A model generated the notes under the pieces. It was not told the origin of the DNA and did not search any database. It saw nothing but the letters and a program-made list of their open reading frames with translations. From Candidatus Kapaibacterium sp. (GTDB taxonomy: Bacteria > Bacteroidota > Ignavibacteria > Kapaibacteriales > UBA2268), in assembly GCA_041675005.1 (NCBI GenBank), contig JBAYUQ010000007.1, positions 89 to 64,088 on the forward strand: a stretch of DNA of 64,000 nucleotides, read 5' to 3'. Shown one piece after another: positions 38,794-47,933 of the stretch. Position numbers and translations under genes: made by a program. How positions within the stretch are numbered: the first letter of the stretch is position 1; each line of letters begins with the position of its first letter.

Positions 38794-39633
38794 ATGAAAA
38801 TTAAAAAAAATGCGAATGCAAAAATTAATATTGGTCTAGAGATATTAAACAAAAGAAGTGATGAGTACCATAACCTCAACACCGTTTTTTATTCTCTCAA
38901 CAATTTGTACGATGAACTTATATTTGAACGAAATGACGACCAAAAAGTTAAAATCGACTCAAATATTCCCGAATTAAATACAAAAGACAACTTAATATAC
39001 ACAGCAATTCGCAAAATAGAGCGAAAAGTTAATAAGAAAATTGGTGTCAACATACATTTGACTAAAAATATACCAATGGGTGCAGGATTAGGTGGTGGAA
39101 GTAGCGATGCTGCCTGTACTATCAACGCCATAGATCAGCTCTATGAACTTGGGCTCAGCTACAATGATAAATTGATACTAGCACAAGCCGTTGGCTCTGA
39201 TGTACCATTCTTTCTGCAAGGCGGGGCGGCTATAGGTCGGAGCAGAGGTGAATCGCTGACTTTCTTCGAGTATGAAATTCCCCTTCAAATTGTTGTCGTA
39301 TCTCCGAATATACACGTATCTACACCGGCTGCTTATGGCGAATTACATAGAGATTCAACCCCTAGGAATATGGTCGATTATAAAATGATATTAGATAATG
39401 CAAAAGATAATCCTTCGCTCATGAGAAGCATGATATTCAATGAATTCGAGAAGCCGATATTCGCTAAGCATCCTGAAATAAAAGAAATCAAGCATAAACT
39501 TTATGAACAAGGAGCTATATTTTCATTAATGTCTGGAAGTGGTTCTTCAGTATTTGGTATGTTTGAAAGTGGGTTCGACGTAGAAAAGTTACATGATGTT
39601 TTCCCAAATTATAAAGTGATGAAAGCAAACTGA
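38794..39633 (+). CDS. ispE: 4-(cytidine 5'-diphospho)-2-C-methyl-D-erythritol kinase
   Basis: GHMP kinase motif 'NIPMGAGLGGGSSDAA' and N-terminal 'KINIGLEIL'. Confidence 0.85.
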   Translation: MKIKKNANAKINIGLEILNKRSDEYHNLNTVFYSLNNLYDELIFERNDDQKVKIDSNIPELNTKDNLIYTAIRKIERKVNKKIGVNIHLTKNIPMGAGLGGGSSDAACTINAIDQLYELGLSYNDKLILAQAVGSDVPFFLQGGAAIGRSRGESLTFFEYEIPLQIVVVSPNIHVSTPAAYGELHRDSTPRNMVDYKMILDNAKDNPSLMRSMIFNEFEKPIFAKHPEIKEIKHKLYEQGAIFSLMSGSGSSVFGMFESGFDVEKLHDVFPNYKVMKAN

Positions 39634-39689
39634 AATTAGAAAATAAAATAGCACTCAAATATATTTTCACGAGCAAAGATATTAGCTTC

Positions 39690-40814
39690 GTGAAGGTAAT
39701 CAATTTACTGGCGACACTTGGTATTACCATCGGTGTGGCCTCTATTATATTTGTAGTGTCTGTTTTGAGTGGATTTCAGGTGATGAACTACGAGCAGATA
39801 CTCGGCTATGACCCCCACGTTCGGGTGAAGTTAAGCGGTAAAAGTGAATTGGATAATTCGCTAATTAAATTTGTACGTGATTCGAAGGAAATGAGGGACT
39901 TTGCACTAACAACTGAGAAAAAATCTGCACTCCGAGTGAAAGATAATTTCAAAGTGGCTCGATTACTATATATAAACCCGATGAGCAAGAATTATCTTGA
40001 CGGACTGAACCAATCGCTGCTATTTGGGAAATTGCAACCAAACTCGAATAATCTGATAATGGGTGCCAAATTAGCTGAAGGATTAGATATAACTAGAGGC
40101 GATGAAGTAGAGCTAATAACTCCCGAAGCACTAGAGAAATCGGCCCGTATGTTCCGACAATTGGACGGCTCGAAATATGTGGTAAGTGGAATATTCTACA
40201 GTAGCGTCAAGGATTATGACGAGAAGCAGATATACATATATGACAATAATCCGAAAAAAGACTTCATAGATATAAAGCTAACGGATTACGAACTGACCGA
40301 TGATTTTGTAGCTAAGCTCCAAAAATCATACAAGGACTTAGTTATATTCACTTGGAAAGATTTGAATTCTGATTTTTATAGGATAATGCAATTCGAGAAA
40401 GTAATGACAATAGTCGTACTATTCTTGATAATATTAATCTCGGCATTCAATATATTAGCATCGCTCTCGATGACAGTAGTCCAAAAGAAAAAGGACATCT
40501 CAATTCTCCGAACTCTGGGTATGTCAACTAATAGAATAGTCGCAATATTCAGAAATGAAGGTGTATTAATAGGAGTACTCGGCACATTGCTCGGCACTAC
40601 TATTGGGCTAATACTAACGTATTTGCAGGAGACTAGAGGACTAATTATGTTCGGTCAGGGAATAACTATACAATCGGCATTCCCTATCAGCTATGAGTAC
40701 GAAGTATATATCGCCGTTGTCCTTATTTCTATACTGCTATCTTGGGGAGCAACCTATCTACCAACCAAACGAATCTCAAAAATAGATATACTAGATGGAA
40801 TTAGGGAAGAGTAG
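39690..40814 (+). CDS. ABC transporter permease, FtsX/LolC-LolE family
   Basis: N-terminal TM, large periplasmic domain, C-terminal three-TM FtsX-like bundle ('ILRTLGMSTNRIVAIF'). Confidence 0.7.
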   Translation: MKVINLLATLGITIGVASIIFVVSVLSGFQVMNYEQILGYDPHVRVKLSGKSELDNSLIKFVRDSKEMRDFALTTEKKSALRVKDNFKVARLLYINPMSKNYLDGLNQSLLFGKLQPNSNNLIMGAKLAEGLDITRGDEVELITPEALEKSARMFRQLDGSKYVVSGIFYSSVKDYDEKQIYIYDNNPKKDFIDIKLTDYELTDDFVAKLQKSYKDLVIFTWKDLNSDFYRIMQFEKVMTIVVLFLIILISAFNILASLSMTVVQKKKDISILRTLGMSTNRIVAIFRNEGVLIGVLGTLLGTTIGLILTYLQETRGLIMFGQGITIQSAFPISYEYEVYIAVVLISILLSWGATYLPTKRISKIDILDGIREE

Positions 40815-40955
40815 AAGGAGCCAAAACTCCCTCCCTGCGTTGCCAGAGTTCTGCATAACCTCGAAATCAGATTTTACTTTCTCAACATCTATTTTTGAGT
40901 ATGTAAAAATAGGGGTAAAGAGTAGTATTAAGCAAATTGTATTTAGTGTTTTCAT
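40791..40955 (-). CDS. small ORF (54 aa) built on copy 1 of the 136-bp module; missing from the ORF track
   Basis: ATG at 40955-40953. Translation MKTLNTICLILLFTPIFTYSKIDVEKVKSDFEVMQNSGNAGREFWLLLLFPNSI*; the first 45 aa are near-identical to the start of ORF 41578-41778. Overlaps the lolE-like 3' end. Confidence 0.3.
   Translation of the reverse strand: MKTLNTICLILLFTPIFTYSKIDVEKVKSDFEVMQNSGNAGREFWLLLLFPNSI
40820..40955. repeat. 136-bp repeat copy 1 (about 88% identical to 41643-41778)
   Basis: Aligned by eye, e.g. GCCAAAACTCCCT...CCAGAGTTCTG...CAGATTTTACTTTCTC.ACATCTATTTTTGAGTATGTAAAAATAGGGGTAAAGAGTAGTATTA... Confidence 0.7.
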
Positions 40956-40978
40956 GTGTTCTCTGTTTTGAGGTTAAA

Positions 40979-41581
40979 TTAATGAATTATTTTTGAACCG
41001 ATAATATCCAAATGTTTACTTGTCTCCAAAAACTGCTTATCTTCAAAACTAATTGTATCAAGACTTTTCGAAAAACCTAAAACTTGTTTTTCAAATTTAA
41101 TTGATAAACTATCAGCATTTCTCATATTATATTCACTTAGTTTGTTCAAAATAGTTATATCATCAAAATAATAAATATGGTAATTAAAGTAGTTAATATT
41201 TCTATCGAGTATTTTTTTATTTATTGTTATTTTAATAATAAAATTAGAGTTAGGTTGAATCCTATAAAACATTGGCACTTCAAATAGTGCTGACTTCAAA
41301 TCATTACCACGAATTTCTGTGTTTAAAAATTTATATTCATCTTCAGAAAAGTATAATTTATTGATTAGAAATTCTGTACTCCAAATATTATCTATATCTC
41401 TATTTTTACGAGTACTGTCATCTAATACAATCCAATTATTGGCAAGTATAAATATAGCGTTATTTGATGTATTTTCTATATTAATTGAATCTATATAATA
41501 CTGAGGAGTAATTTGTGAATTCTTAGAATCACAAGAAATTAAATGAAACAATATAATTGAAATTAGTATTTTCATCATCAT
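40979..41581 (-). CDS. lipoprotein-like hypothetical protein (immunity-protein candidate)
   Basis: Signal peptide with lipobox-like 'LISCDS'. 200 aa. Lies in the array downstream of the RHS toxin tip. Confidence 0.4.
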   Translation of the reverse strand: MMMKILISIILFHLISCDSKNSQITPQYYIDSINIENTSNNAIFILANNWIVLDDSTRKNRDIDNIWSTEFLINKLYFSEDEYKFLNTEIRGNDLKSALFEVPMFYRIQPNSNFIIKITINKKILDRNINYFNYHIYYFDDITILNKLSEYNMRNADSLSIKFEKQVLGFSKSLDTISFEDKQFLETSKHLDIIGSKIIH

Positions 41582-41778
41582 TCCTGTGACTGTTTTTTAT
41601 ACTTCTCTGCACCATTCCTTGTATCAATAGGTGTAAAAGTCAGCCAAAACTCCCTACCCGTGTTACCAGAGTTCTGTATTACCTCAAAGTCAGATTTTAC
41701 TTTCTCTACATCTATTTTTGAGTATGTAAAAATAGGGGTAAAGAGTAGTATTAGTATTATTTTATTTAGTGTTATCAT
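41578..41778 (-). CDS. small secreted hypothetical protein (starts with 136-bp module copy 2)
   Basis: 66 aa; signal peptide MITLNKIILILLFTPIFTYS. Confidence 0.35.
   Translation of the reverse strand: MITLNKIILILLFTPIFTYSKIDVEKVKSDFEVIQNSGNTGREFWLTFTPIDTRNGAEKYKKQSQE
41643..41778. repeat. 136-bp repeat copy 2
   Basis: See copy 1. Confidence 0.7.
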
Positions 41779-42166
41779 AAGGTTTTAAATTTTTTTTAAT
41801 CGAATCAAAATAATATTTAGGCAACACATTTTCGAAATGATGAATATATTTTGATTCTAAATTGTAATACTTTTCATTAATTAATAGAATTTCAAAATTT
41901 ATAATCTCATAATAAATTGTATCTATTATATAATTATGGCTTAGTTTAATACAAGCATGTTGATTAATTAAATTGGGTTTTTCAAGTTCTTTTGAACTGG
42001 ATATACTGTCTAATACTAAAGGGCAAAACCATTCGTCAAACTTTTGTGATTTTATAGAAACATTGTTCTGTATATCCTTGAATTCTAATTTATAACTGTA
42101 GTATTTTGTTTGACATGAAATTTCATATCCTGTTAATATTAAAAGAACTATTATAACCTTAATCAT
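41762..42166 (-). CDS. secreted hypothetical protein (immunity-protein candidate)
   Basis: Signal peptide MIKVIIVLLILTGYEISCQ; 134 aa. Confidence 0.4.
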   Translation of the reverse strand: MIKVIIVLLILTGYEISCQTKYYSYKLEFKDIQNNVSIKSQKFDEWFCPLVLDSISSSKELEKPNLINQHACIKLSHNYIIDTIYYEIINFEILLINEKYYNLESKYIHHFENVLPKYYFDSIKKNLKPYDNTK

Positions 42167-42174
42167 TTAATTAC

Positions 42175-42555
42175 CTACCAAATTTTATAGTTAATTGGAA
42201 AAAATTCATCTGTTAGTTCTATTATTTCTTTAAATTCATTTTTTTTTGAATCCATTCGATTTAGAATCAGTGTGTCACGTTGACAACCTTTAAATAAAAT
42301 GATTATTGTTTTAGTTTGACTTGGGTAAAATTTATTTCTTATATCAATTTTAGACATTAGGGCTTCAAATCGATTAACTATTGAATCATTATCAATTTGA
42401 ATATGTAATTGAGAATCAAAGGTTATAAAACCTTCAATACTTTTTTGATAGCCTTCTTTAGTACCTGAATAAGATTCAGTAAATATTTCAATGCTTGAAT
42501 CTTTTGAAATTAATAAGTTACCAATCAATATAAAAATAAAAATTAATTTTTTCAA
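42175..42555 (-). CDS. secreted hypothetical protein (immunity-protein candidate)
   Basis: Signal peptide MKKLIFIFILIGNLLIS; 126 aa. Confidence 0.4.
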   Translation of the reverse strand: MKKLIFIFILIGNLLISKDSSIEIFTESYSGTKEGYQKSIEGFITFDSQLHIQIDNDSIVNRFEALMSKIDIRNKFYPSQTKTIIILFKGCQRDTLILNRMDSKKNEFKEIIELTDEFFPINYKIW

Positions 42556-42557
42556 TT

Positions 42558-42833
42558 TTATTCTCCTTTAGGTTTTGTATCTGTTGGGGAATCAACCTCA
42601 TAAGATTCTCCACAATCATGACAATCCCTCACACCCTCACCATTATTCTTTGAAATTTCATTCTCACTTGGGATTCTAAAAAGTGAAAACATTCCAATTG
42701 ATATTGAAGTATTCATAAAACTATTTCCTGTTATTACCCTATACTCTTCCAAACTATCCCAACCATCTTCCGTTTTTGCAATGTCACATAGTTGGATTAA
42801 ATATAAAAAAATACCGTAAGCCTCAATCAACAA
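42558..42833 (-). CDS. hypothetical protein
   Basis: 91 aa; 'CHDCGESYEV' could be half of a zinc ribbon. Overlaps the LRR gene end. Confidence 0.3.
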   Translation of the reverse strand: MLIEAYGIFLYLIQLCDIAKTEDGWDSLEEYRVITGNSFMNTSISIGMFSLFRIPSENEISKNNGEGVRDCHDCGESYEVDSPTDTKPKGE

Positions 42834-43845
42834 AAGGGTTACCTTCTTGGTTAATAATAATATCTAATTGTATTGGGGGAGCTACACGTGCATTTAAATC
42901 ATTAAACTCAATATCTACTTGATTTAGGCCTTCAATTTCGAAAATATTATAGTTAAAATCCGATATTATATTATCGTCTAAATATAGGTACTTAAGATTT
43001 TTTAAGTTTACAATATTATCTGGTACATATTTAATTTTATTATTGTTTAACAATAAATATTTAAGTTTATGTGCTTTGAATATTTCTTTTGGAATTTCTT
43101 TTAAGTTCATTCTTACAAAAGAAAGGAATTCTAGACTATCAACATTAAACAATAAATCACTTATGTCCTTATTATTATATACGCTGTTTATACTTAGTTG
43201 AACTAGCCTACAATTCTTATTTATTTTTGGGAGTTCAGATAAATTATCCAATACTAATATTTTTAAATCAGATAAATTATTAATCAGGATTTCATTGTTT
43301 AACAAGTTAACAGCCCTTAATTCTAGAGTCTTTAGATTAGTTAATTTATCCAGTGCAGAAATATTATCTAAAAATAATTCATTATAATCATTTAAAATTA
43401 AAAACTCGATTTGATCAGAAAAATCATTGAAATCTATATTACCAATATATGAATTTCTAATATCAAAAGAATTAAATGCCTTTAAGTTTTTGATTTTTGA
43501 ACTGGTGACAGTATTTTGAATAGTAAGACTTAATTGTGATTCTTGGTAATCACTAAAATCAATTATTTTATCGTTTAAAGAAGAGTTTGCTATTGTAATA
43601 CTTTTCAATTGACTTTTATCTACTTTGGATAAAATTGAATTTAATGAACCAATACACTTATCAATATAGATTGATTCAATTTTAAGATTATTAATAATTA
43701 AATCCGAATTTAATTGTTTTAATTCAAGTTTTAATTCATTTTTTAATTCATTTTTAAATATCAAATTATTATTTAAAGATAAAGTACTATATACGACAAA
43801 GATATTCAGAATAAATATAAATATGCATTTTAAAAATGTTTTCAT
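42823..43845 (-). CDS. secreted leucine-rich-repeat protein
   Basis: Signal peptide. Multiple LxxLxLxxN repeats ('LKYLLLNNNKIKYVPDNIVNLKNLKYLYLDDNIIS'). 4-nt overlap with the upstream toxin gene. Confidence 0.6.
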   Translation of the reverse strand: MKTFLKCIFIFILNIFVVYSTLSLNNNLIFKNELKNELKLELKQLNSDLIINNLKIESIYIDKCIGSLNSILSKVDKSQLKSITIANSSLNDKIIDFSDYQESQLSLTIQNTVTSSKIKNLKAFNSFDIRNSYIGNIDFNDFSDQIEFLILNDYNELFLDNISALDKLTNLKTLELRAVNLLNNEILINNLSDLKILVLDNLSELPKINKNCRLVQLSINSVYNNKDISDLLFNVDSLEFLSFVRMNLKEIPKEIFKAHKLKYLLLNNNKIKYVPDNIVNLKNLKYLYLDDNIISDFNYNIFEIEGLNQVDIEFNDLNARVAPPIQLDIIINQEGNPFVD

Positions 43846-44765
43846 TTAGAGTAGTCCTCTAAAACTTGTCTTGGAATAACAACATCATCAGCTGAATCAT
43901 ACCCATTAAATATAGTCACAGATTCGCTATTACGCATTGCACTACCCCAAAATAAAATTCCAAACTGTAAATTTATTCCATATTTGTGGTTAAGTTGATT
44001 TATTGCATCTCTATCACCCTGTGATGGTGTATCTTCATAAGCACCACCAGGGTGATCGTGTGTAAAATAAGTTAGAAATTGTTCGAGCCCTTTACTAACA
44101 CTTTCTTTTATTGCATTATTTACTTCTGTAGTAGCTTTACCTGAATGTTTAGTAGTTGGCGGATCGAAATTCCGGCCCCCTTCGTAAAATGTTCCTCCAC
44201 CTCCCGCACCACCTGCTTCTCCCTGTGTCAGTGATTTATGAAAACTAAGTATATTTGCTAATTCTTCAGAATTAGCATTTGGCAGCTGAGAACTCATTAA
44301 ACTCATTTTATTAAAATCTATACCAAAAACACCTTTTGAATTTTTTAATAATGAAGCAGAAAATGCAAAATTCGAAGTAGCAAATATATTCCCATCATTA
44401 ACACCATCACTTACTTTAGCTCCTCCATTCAATAGAAAATCTGCATCCCCGTTTACATCTATTCTACTTATCGGGCTATTCATACTATACTGATAAGGTG
44501 TCCATCCGTAGTAGTTACTCCAAAGTGGGTCTATACTTATAAACCTACCAGTCTCATATTCGTATTTTCTCACTCCGTGGTCTCCTAGTTTCGATTCGTT
44601 GTCTTTTTCTTTACCTACCCAGTTAAGTAGGGTGCTTTCTGTTTCAGCTAAGTTACTATTTGTCCATCTATCACCGCCATAAGGGTTGTGCGTTTGCATA
44701 GATGTTGGTGTCGTTAAGACACAATTATTGTCAAATTGTATACAAATATAGAATAAAATAATCAC
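43842..44765 (-). CDS. orphan RHS-repeat C-terminal tip with polymorphic toxin domain (no RHS body)
   Basis: 'YEYETGRFISIDPLWSNYYGWTPYQYSMNSPISRIDVNGD' matches the conserved end of the RHS core (YDPxTGRFxSxDP...Y.Y..NNP....DPDG). A ~200-aa variable domain follows, containing 'EQF...HDHPGGAYEDTPSQGD' (JAB/RadC-like HxH...S..D pattern). Only ~70 aa precede the motif. Confidence 0.6.
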   Translation of the reverse strand: MIILFYICIQFDNNCVLTTPTSMQTHNPYGGDRWTNSNLAETESTLLNWVGKEKDNESKLGDHGVRKYEYETGRFISIDPLWSNYYGWTPYQYSMNSPISRIDVNGDADFLLNGGAKVSDGVNDGNIFATSNFAFSASLLKNSKGVFGIDFNKMSLMSSQLPNANSEELANILSFHKSLTQGEAGGAGGGGTFYEGGRNFDPPTTKHSGKATTEVNNAIKESVSKGLEQFLTYFTHDHPGGAYEDTPSQGDRDAINQLNHKYGINLQFGILFWGSAMRNSESVTIFNGYDSADDVVIPRQVLEDYSK

Positions 44766-44865
44766 ATTTTGAAATAAAAATTCATTAAAATGCTCTTCAG
44801 GTAACCCTTAGACTCTTCGCTAACTATGTTAGCTCAGAGTGACTGGGATATTTTTGGAGGGTGTT

Positions 44866-45270
44866 TTACTCTTGCTCAGGAGCTTCGGTTTCGTCGGTTG
44901 GGTTTTCTGGGGTTTCCATATCTTCATCTATCTCAAAGCGGATGAGTATTCGCTCGCCATTGGAGGCAACGACTTCTATAGATTCTAGATCGCCGTCTTT
45001 TCTACGATTTATATATACTTCTGCTTTGCCGCTAGTATCACCGGGTTTAGATATTTCAACAGTGCTAGTGCTGTCCTCTAGGTCTTCGGACTCTATGAAT
45101 GATTTGTCGTACTTCTTGGATTTTGTGTCGAATTTTGGGACAGAAAATGAGCTATCGAAATCCTCTAACTCTAATGAATTAGATAAATCTTTCGTTGACA
45201 GAAGACTCTCGCCCTCACTTTCGTCCTCGAACTCATTTTCGAATGGGTCTATATTATTAGGATTGCTCAT
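44866..45270 (-). CDS. highly acidic hypothetical protein co-transcribed with the two-component system
   Basis: 134 aa, D/E/S-rich. Its start overlaps the response-regulator stop by 14 nt. Confidence 0.4.
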   Translation of the reverse strand: MSNPNNIDPFENEFEDESEGESLLSTKDLSNSLELEDFDSSFSVPKFDTKSKKYDKSFIESEDLEDSTSTVEISKPGDTSGKAEVYINRRKDGDLESIEVVASNGERILIRFEIDEDMETPENPTDETEAPEQE

Positions 45271-46708
45271 TTTTCAGTGCTTTGTAGTTTCTAGAAGTAG
45301 CGTCTATATCTAGTTGCTCTAGTCTATATCTAAGCTTCGCTCTTGATATACCTAGTACTTTTGCAGCTTTTATCTGGTTACCTTTGGTTATCAATAGGGT
45401 TTGATGAATCAAATCCTTGATTATATTACCCATGAATGCACCCTTATCAGATATTTTAAGGAAGTGCTCGCCTTCATTCAGGTAAATCTCTCTTGGAGCT
45501 TCATCTTTATTCTTCGATGCTTTTTTATCCCCTCTGAGGAAGCTTAGTGATTCTTTCGAGATTACATCTTCTTGCTCTAGTAGTACTATCCGTTCTATAA
45601 CGTTAGTTAACTCACGAATATTCCCTTTCCAATGATATTTCTGGAGAATTTGAGCTGCTTCTGGAGTAAATCCTTTTATATCTTTTCCGAATGATTTGTT
45701 GAATTTCTCAACGAAATTAGAAGCAAGTATTAGAATGTCCTCATTTCTCTCTCTTAGTGGCGGCAGTGTAATAGAAGCCACGTTCAGACGGTAGTATAAG
45801 TCCTCTCTGAACTCATTTTCCTCTACCATCTCTTCCAAATCACGATTGGTAGCAGCCAAGACTCTAACATCGACAGTGAGTTCTTTCGAGCCACCTAGTC
45901 TATAGTATTTCTTCTCTTGAAGCACTCGTAGTAGCTTCACTTGCAAATCTAAGCTCAACTCACCTACTTCATCTAGCAGTATAGTACCGTGGTTTGCTTG
46001 CTCAAATCGACCTTGTTTAATTTTCTCAGTAGCACCAGTAAATGCACCCTTTTCGTAACCAAATAGCTCATTCTCCGCTAATTCTCTAGGAATAGCACCG
46101 CAATTTATCGTGATGAATGGACCTTTGGCACGGGGTGAATTATCGTGTATATGACGAGCCATTAGCTCTTTACCAGTACCCGATTCACCGAGTATAAGTA
46201 CAGTTGTGTTCTCAGCTTTGGCGAATAATTTACCCATCTCCATAGCTTTTCTAAGACCATCGGATTTACCGATTATCTCGCTTGGCTTGGATTCGCTTAA
46301 TTGCTCAGAAAGTATATCAACTTTACGTCTGAGATCGTGGTTGTCTAATGCTTTTTCTACGCTCAGCTCTAATTGTTCTAGGTCTAGTGGCTTTACAATG
46401 AAATCCTCTGCGCCCAGCTTCATAGCACGAACAGCCATCTTGATATCAGAAAATGCTGTCATCATAATAACAGGCATTTTAAAACCTTCATTACGAAGAG
46501 TTTCTAGTATATCTAGACCATTAGCATGACCGAGAAATATATCTAATAACACCAAATCTGGCCCCAAGGAACCAATCTCTTCTAGTGCAATTTTTGCATC
46601 ATTATATACTTGTATATTAGTATATGATTCAGATAAAATATCGCTAACTGTATCACTTACCAGCTTATCGTCTTCTATTATCGCTATTGTATAATTCTTT
46701 TGTGCCAT
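45257..46708 (-). CDS. sigma54-dependent response regulator (NtrC family)
   Basis: REC domain (D in 'VLLDIFL'), AAA+ 'GESGTGKE' and 'GAFTGA' motifs, C-terminal Fis-type HTH. Confidence 0.85.
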   Translation of the reverse strand: MAQKNYTIAIIEDDKLVSDTVSDILSESYTNIQVYNDAKIALEEIGSLGPDLVLLDIFLGHANGLDILETLRNEGFKMPVIMMTAFSDIKMAVRAMKLGAEDFIVKPLDLEQLELSVEKALDNHDLRRKVDILSEQLSESKPSEIIGKSDGLRKAMEMGKLFAKAENTTVLILGESGTGKELMARHIHDNSPRAKGPFITINCGAIPRELAENELFGYEKGAFTGATEKIKQGRFEQANHGTILLDEVGELSLDLQVKLLRVLQEKKYYRLGGSKELTVDVRVLAATNRDLEEMVEENEFREDLYYRLNVASITLPPLRERNEDILILASNFVEKFNKSFGKDIKGFTPEAAQILQKYHWKGNIRELTNVIERIVLLEQEDVISKESLSFLRGDKKASKNKDEAPREIYLNEGEHFLKISDKGAFMGNIIKDLIHQTLLITKGNQIKAAKVLGISRAKLRYRLEQLDIDATSRNYKALKNEQS

Positions 46709-46763
46709 CTTTTAATATTTTATTTGAAATTCGATTGTAAATTTAATAAATTTATTTTGCTTA

Positions 46764-47873
46764 TTATAATATAGGTAGCTTAACGTAGAAACAAGTACCT
46801 TCGTTCAGATTACTCTCTACATCTATCACTCCATTATGTTGGTGAAGTATTCTTTGAGTTATAGGCAAACCTAATCCTGTACCTTCTGTCTTACGAGTGA
46901 AGAATGGATTGAATATTTTCTGCAAATCCTCTGCTTGGATACCACATCCAGTATCTTTCACAGAAGTAATTACATAATTAGTCTCGCTTGCTTTTATTCC
47001 CATTTCCACATAAGTAGAGATTGTGATAGTCCCTTTATCTTTGATAGCATCGCTTGCATTAGTTAGCAAATTGATGAATACTTGCTGTATTTGCTTAGCA
47101 TCGGCAGCTGTATCAGGGAGATTATCATCTAATTCAACTCTGATTTCTATATCTTTTCTTTTGATAACTGGCTTCACCATGTCAAGAGCAGTCGGGATAA
47201 TCTTGTTGACATTTAGTCTTTCTACTCTTGGTACTGCAGGCCTAGAGAAATTCAAAGTTAATTCGACTATTCTTGATATTCGTTCCGCACCTGAAATTGC
47301 ATTTTTTATGTAATTGTAATTTTTATTTTCTTCGCCAAGATTTCTTTTCATCAACTGCAAATTGAGATTAATAGCAGCCAGTGGATTCCTAATTTCGTGA
47401 GCTACACCTGCGCTTAGTTGACCTAGAAGTACTAGTTTATCTGCATGTACCATCTTATCAGTCAGAGCGTGTTGTTCACTTACGTCTCTTGCAATAGCAT
47501 AGATCAAATCTGTATCATAATGCCTGAAAAATCTAGCACTAACTTCAACCATTAAGTTCGGGTTATTCGGAGTGTCAATTGATAACTCACTCAGTACAAC
47601 TGGCGACGATGATTTTTTGAGTAGCTTGAATATACGCCTAAATTGAGGCATAGCAGCTCCAACTAGTTCATTTTTGGGGATGCCCAATAGAGTCGCAGCA
47701 TAGTCATTAGCATCAAGAACATCCCACGCGTCAGGTTGAACTATAAATACAGCATCTGTTGCATTGTCAAAAAATGATTTGTACCAGAGTAGTTTCTGTT
47801 CAAGTTTATCAATTTTATTGATTAACTCTTCGGTTTCAGCATACCCTCTTTCGATTTCGAAGTCTTTTCCCAT
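46764..47873 (-). CDS. PAS-domain sensor histidine kinase
   Basis: HisKA H-box 'GVAHEIRNPLAAI'; HATPase N and G boxes ('GTGLGLPITQRIL'). Confidence 0.8.
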   Translation of the reverse strand: MGKDFEIERGYAETEELINKIDKLEQKLLWYKSFFDNATDAVFIVQPDAWDVLDANDYAATLLGIPKNELVGAAMPQFRRIFKLLKKSSSPVVLSELSIDTPNNPNLMVEVSARFFRHYDTDLIYAIARDVSEQHALTDKMVHADKLVLLGQLSAGVAHEIRNPLAAINLNLQLMKRNLGEENKNYNYIKNAISGAERISRIVELTLNFSRPAVPRVERLNVNKIIPTALDMVKPVIKRKDIEIRVELDDNLPDTAADAKQIQQVFINLLTNASDAIKDKGTITISTYVEMGIKASETNYVITSVKDTGCGIQAEDLQKIFNPFFTRKTEGTGLGLPITQRILHQHNGVIDVESNLNEGTCFYVKLPIL

Positions 47874-47933
47874 TAGAAAGCATAATCTATATTATTTATT
47901 TTGCAATGTATGACATTTTCTAATGAAAATCAA

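Noticed and set aside
44861-45313. 150-aa Ser/Thr-rich ORF on the plus strand
   Set aside because: It lies entirely antisense to the acidic-protein gene and the response-regulator 3' end. Its low-complexity composition mirrors the D/E/S-rich codons of the opposite strand. Likely a shadow ORF.
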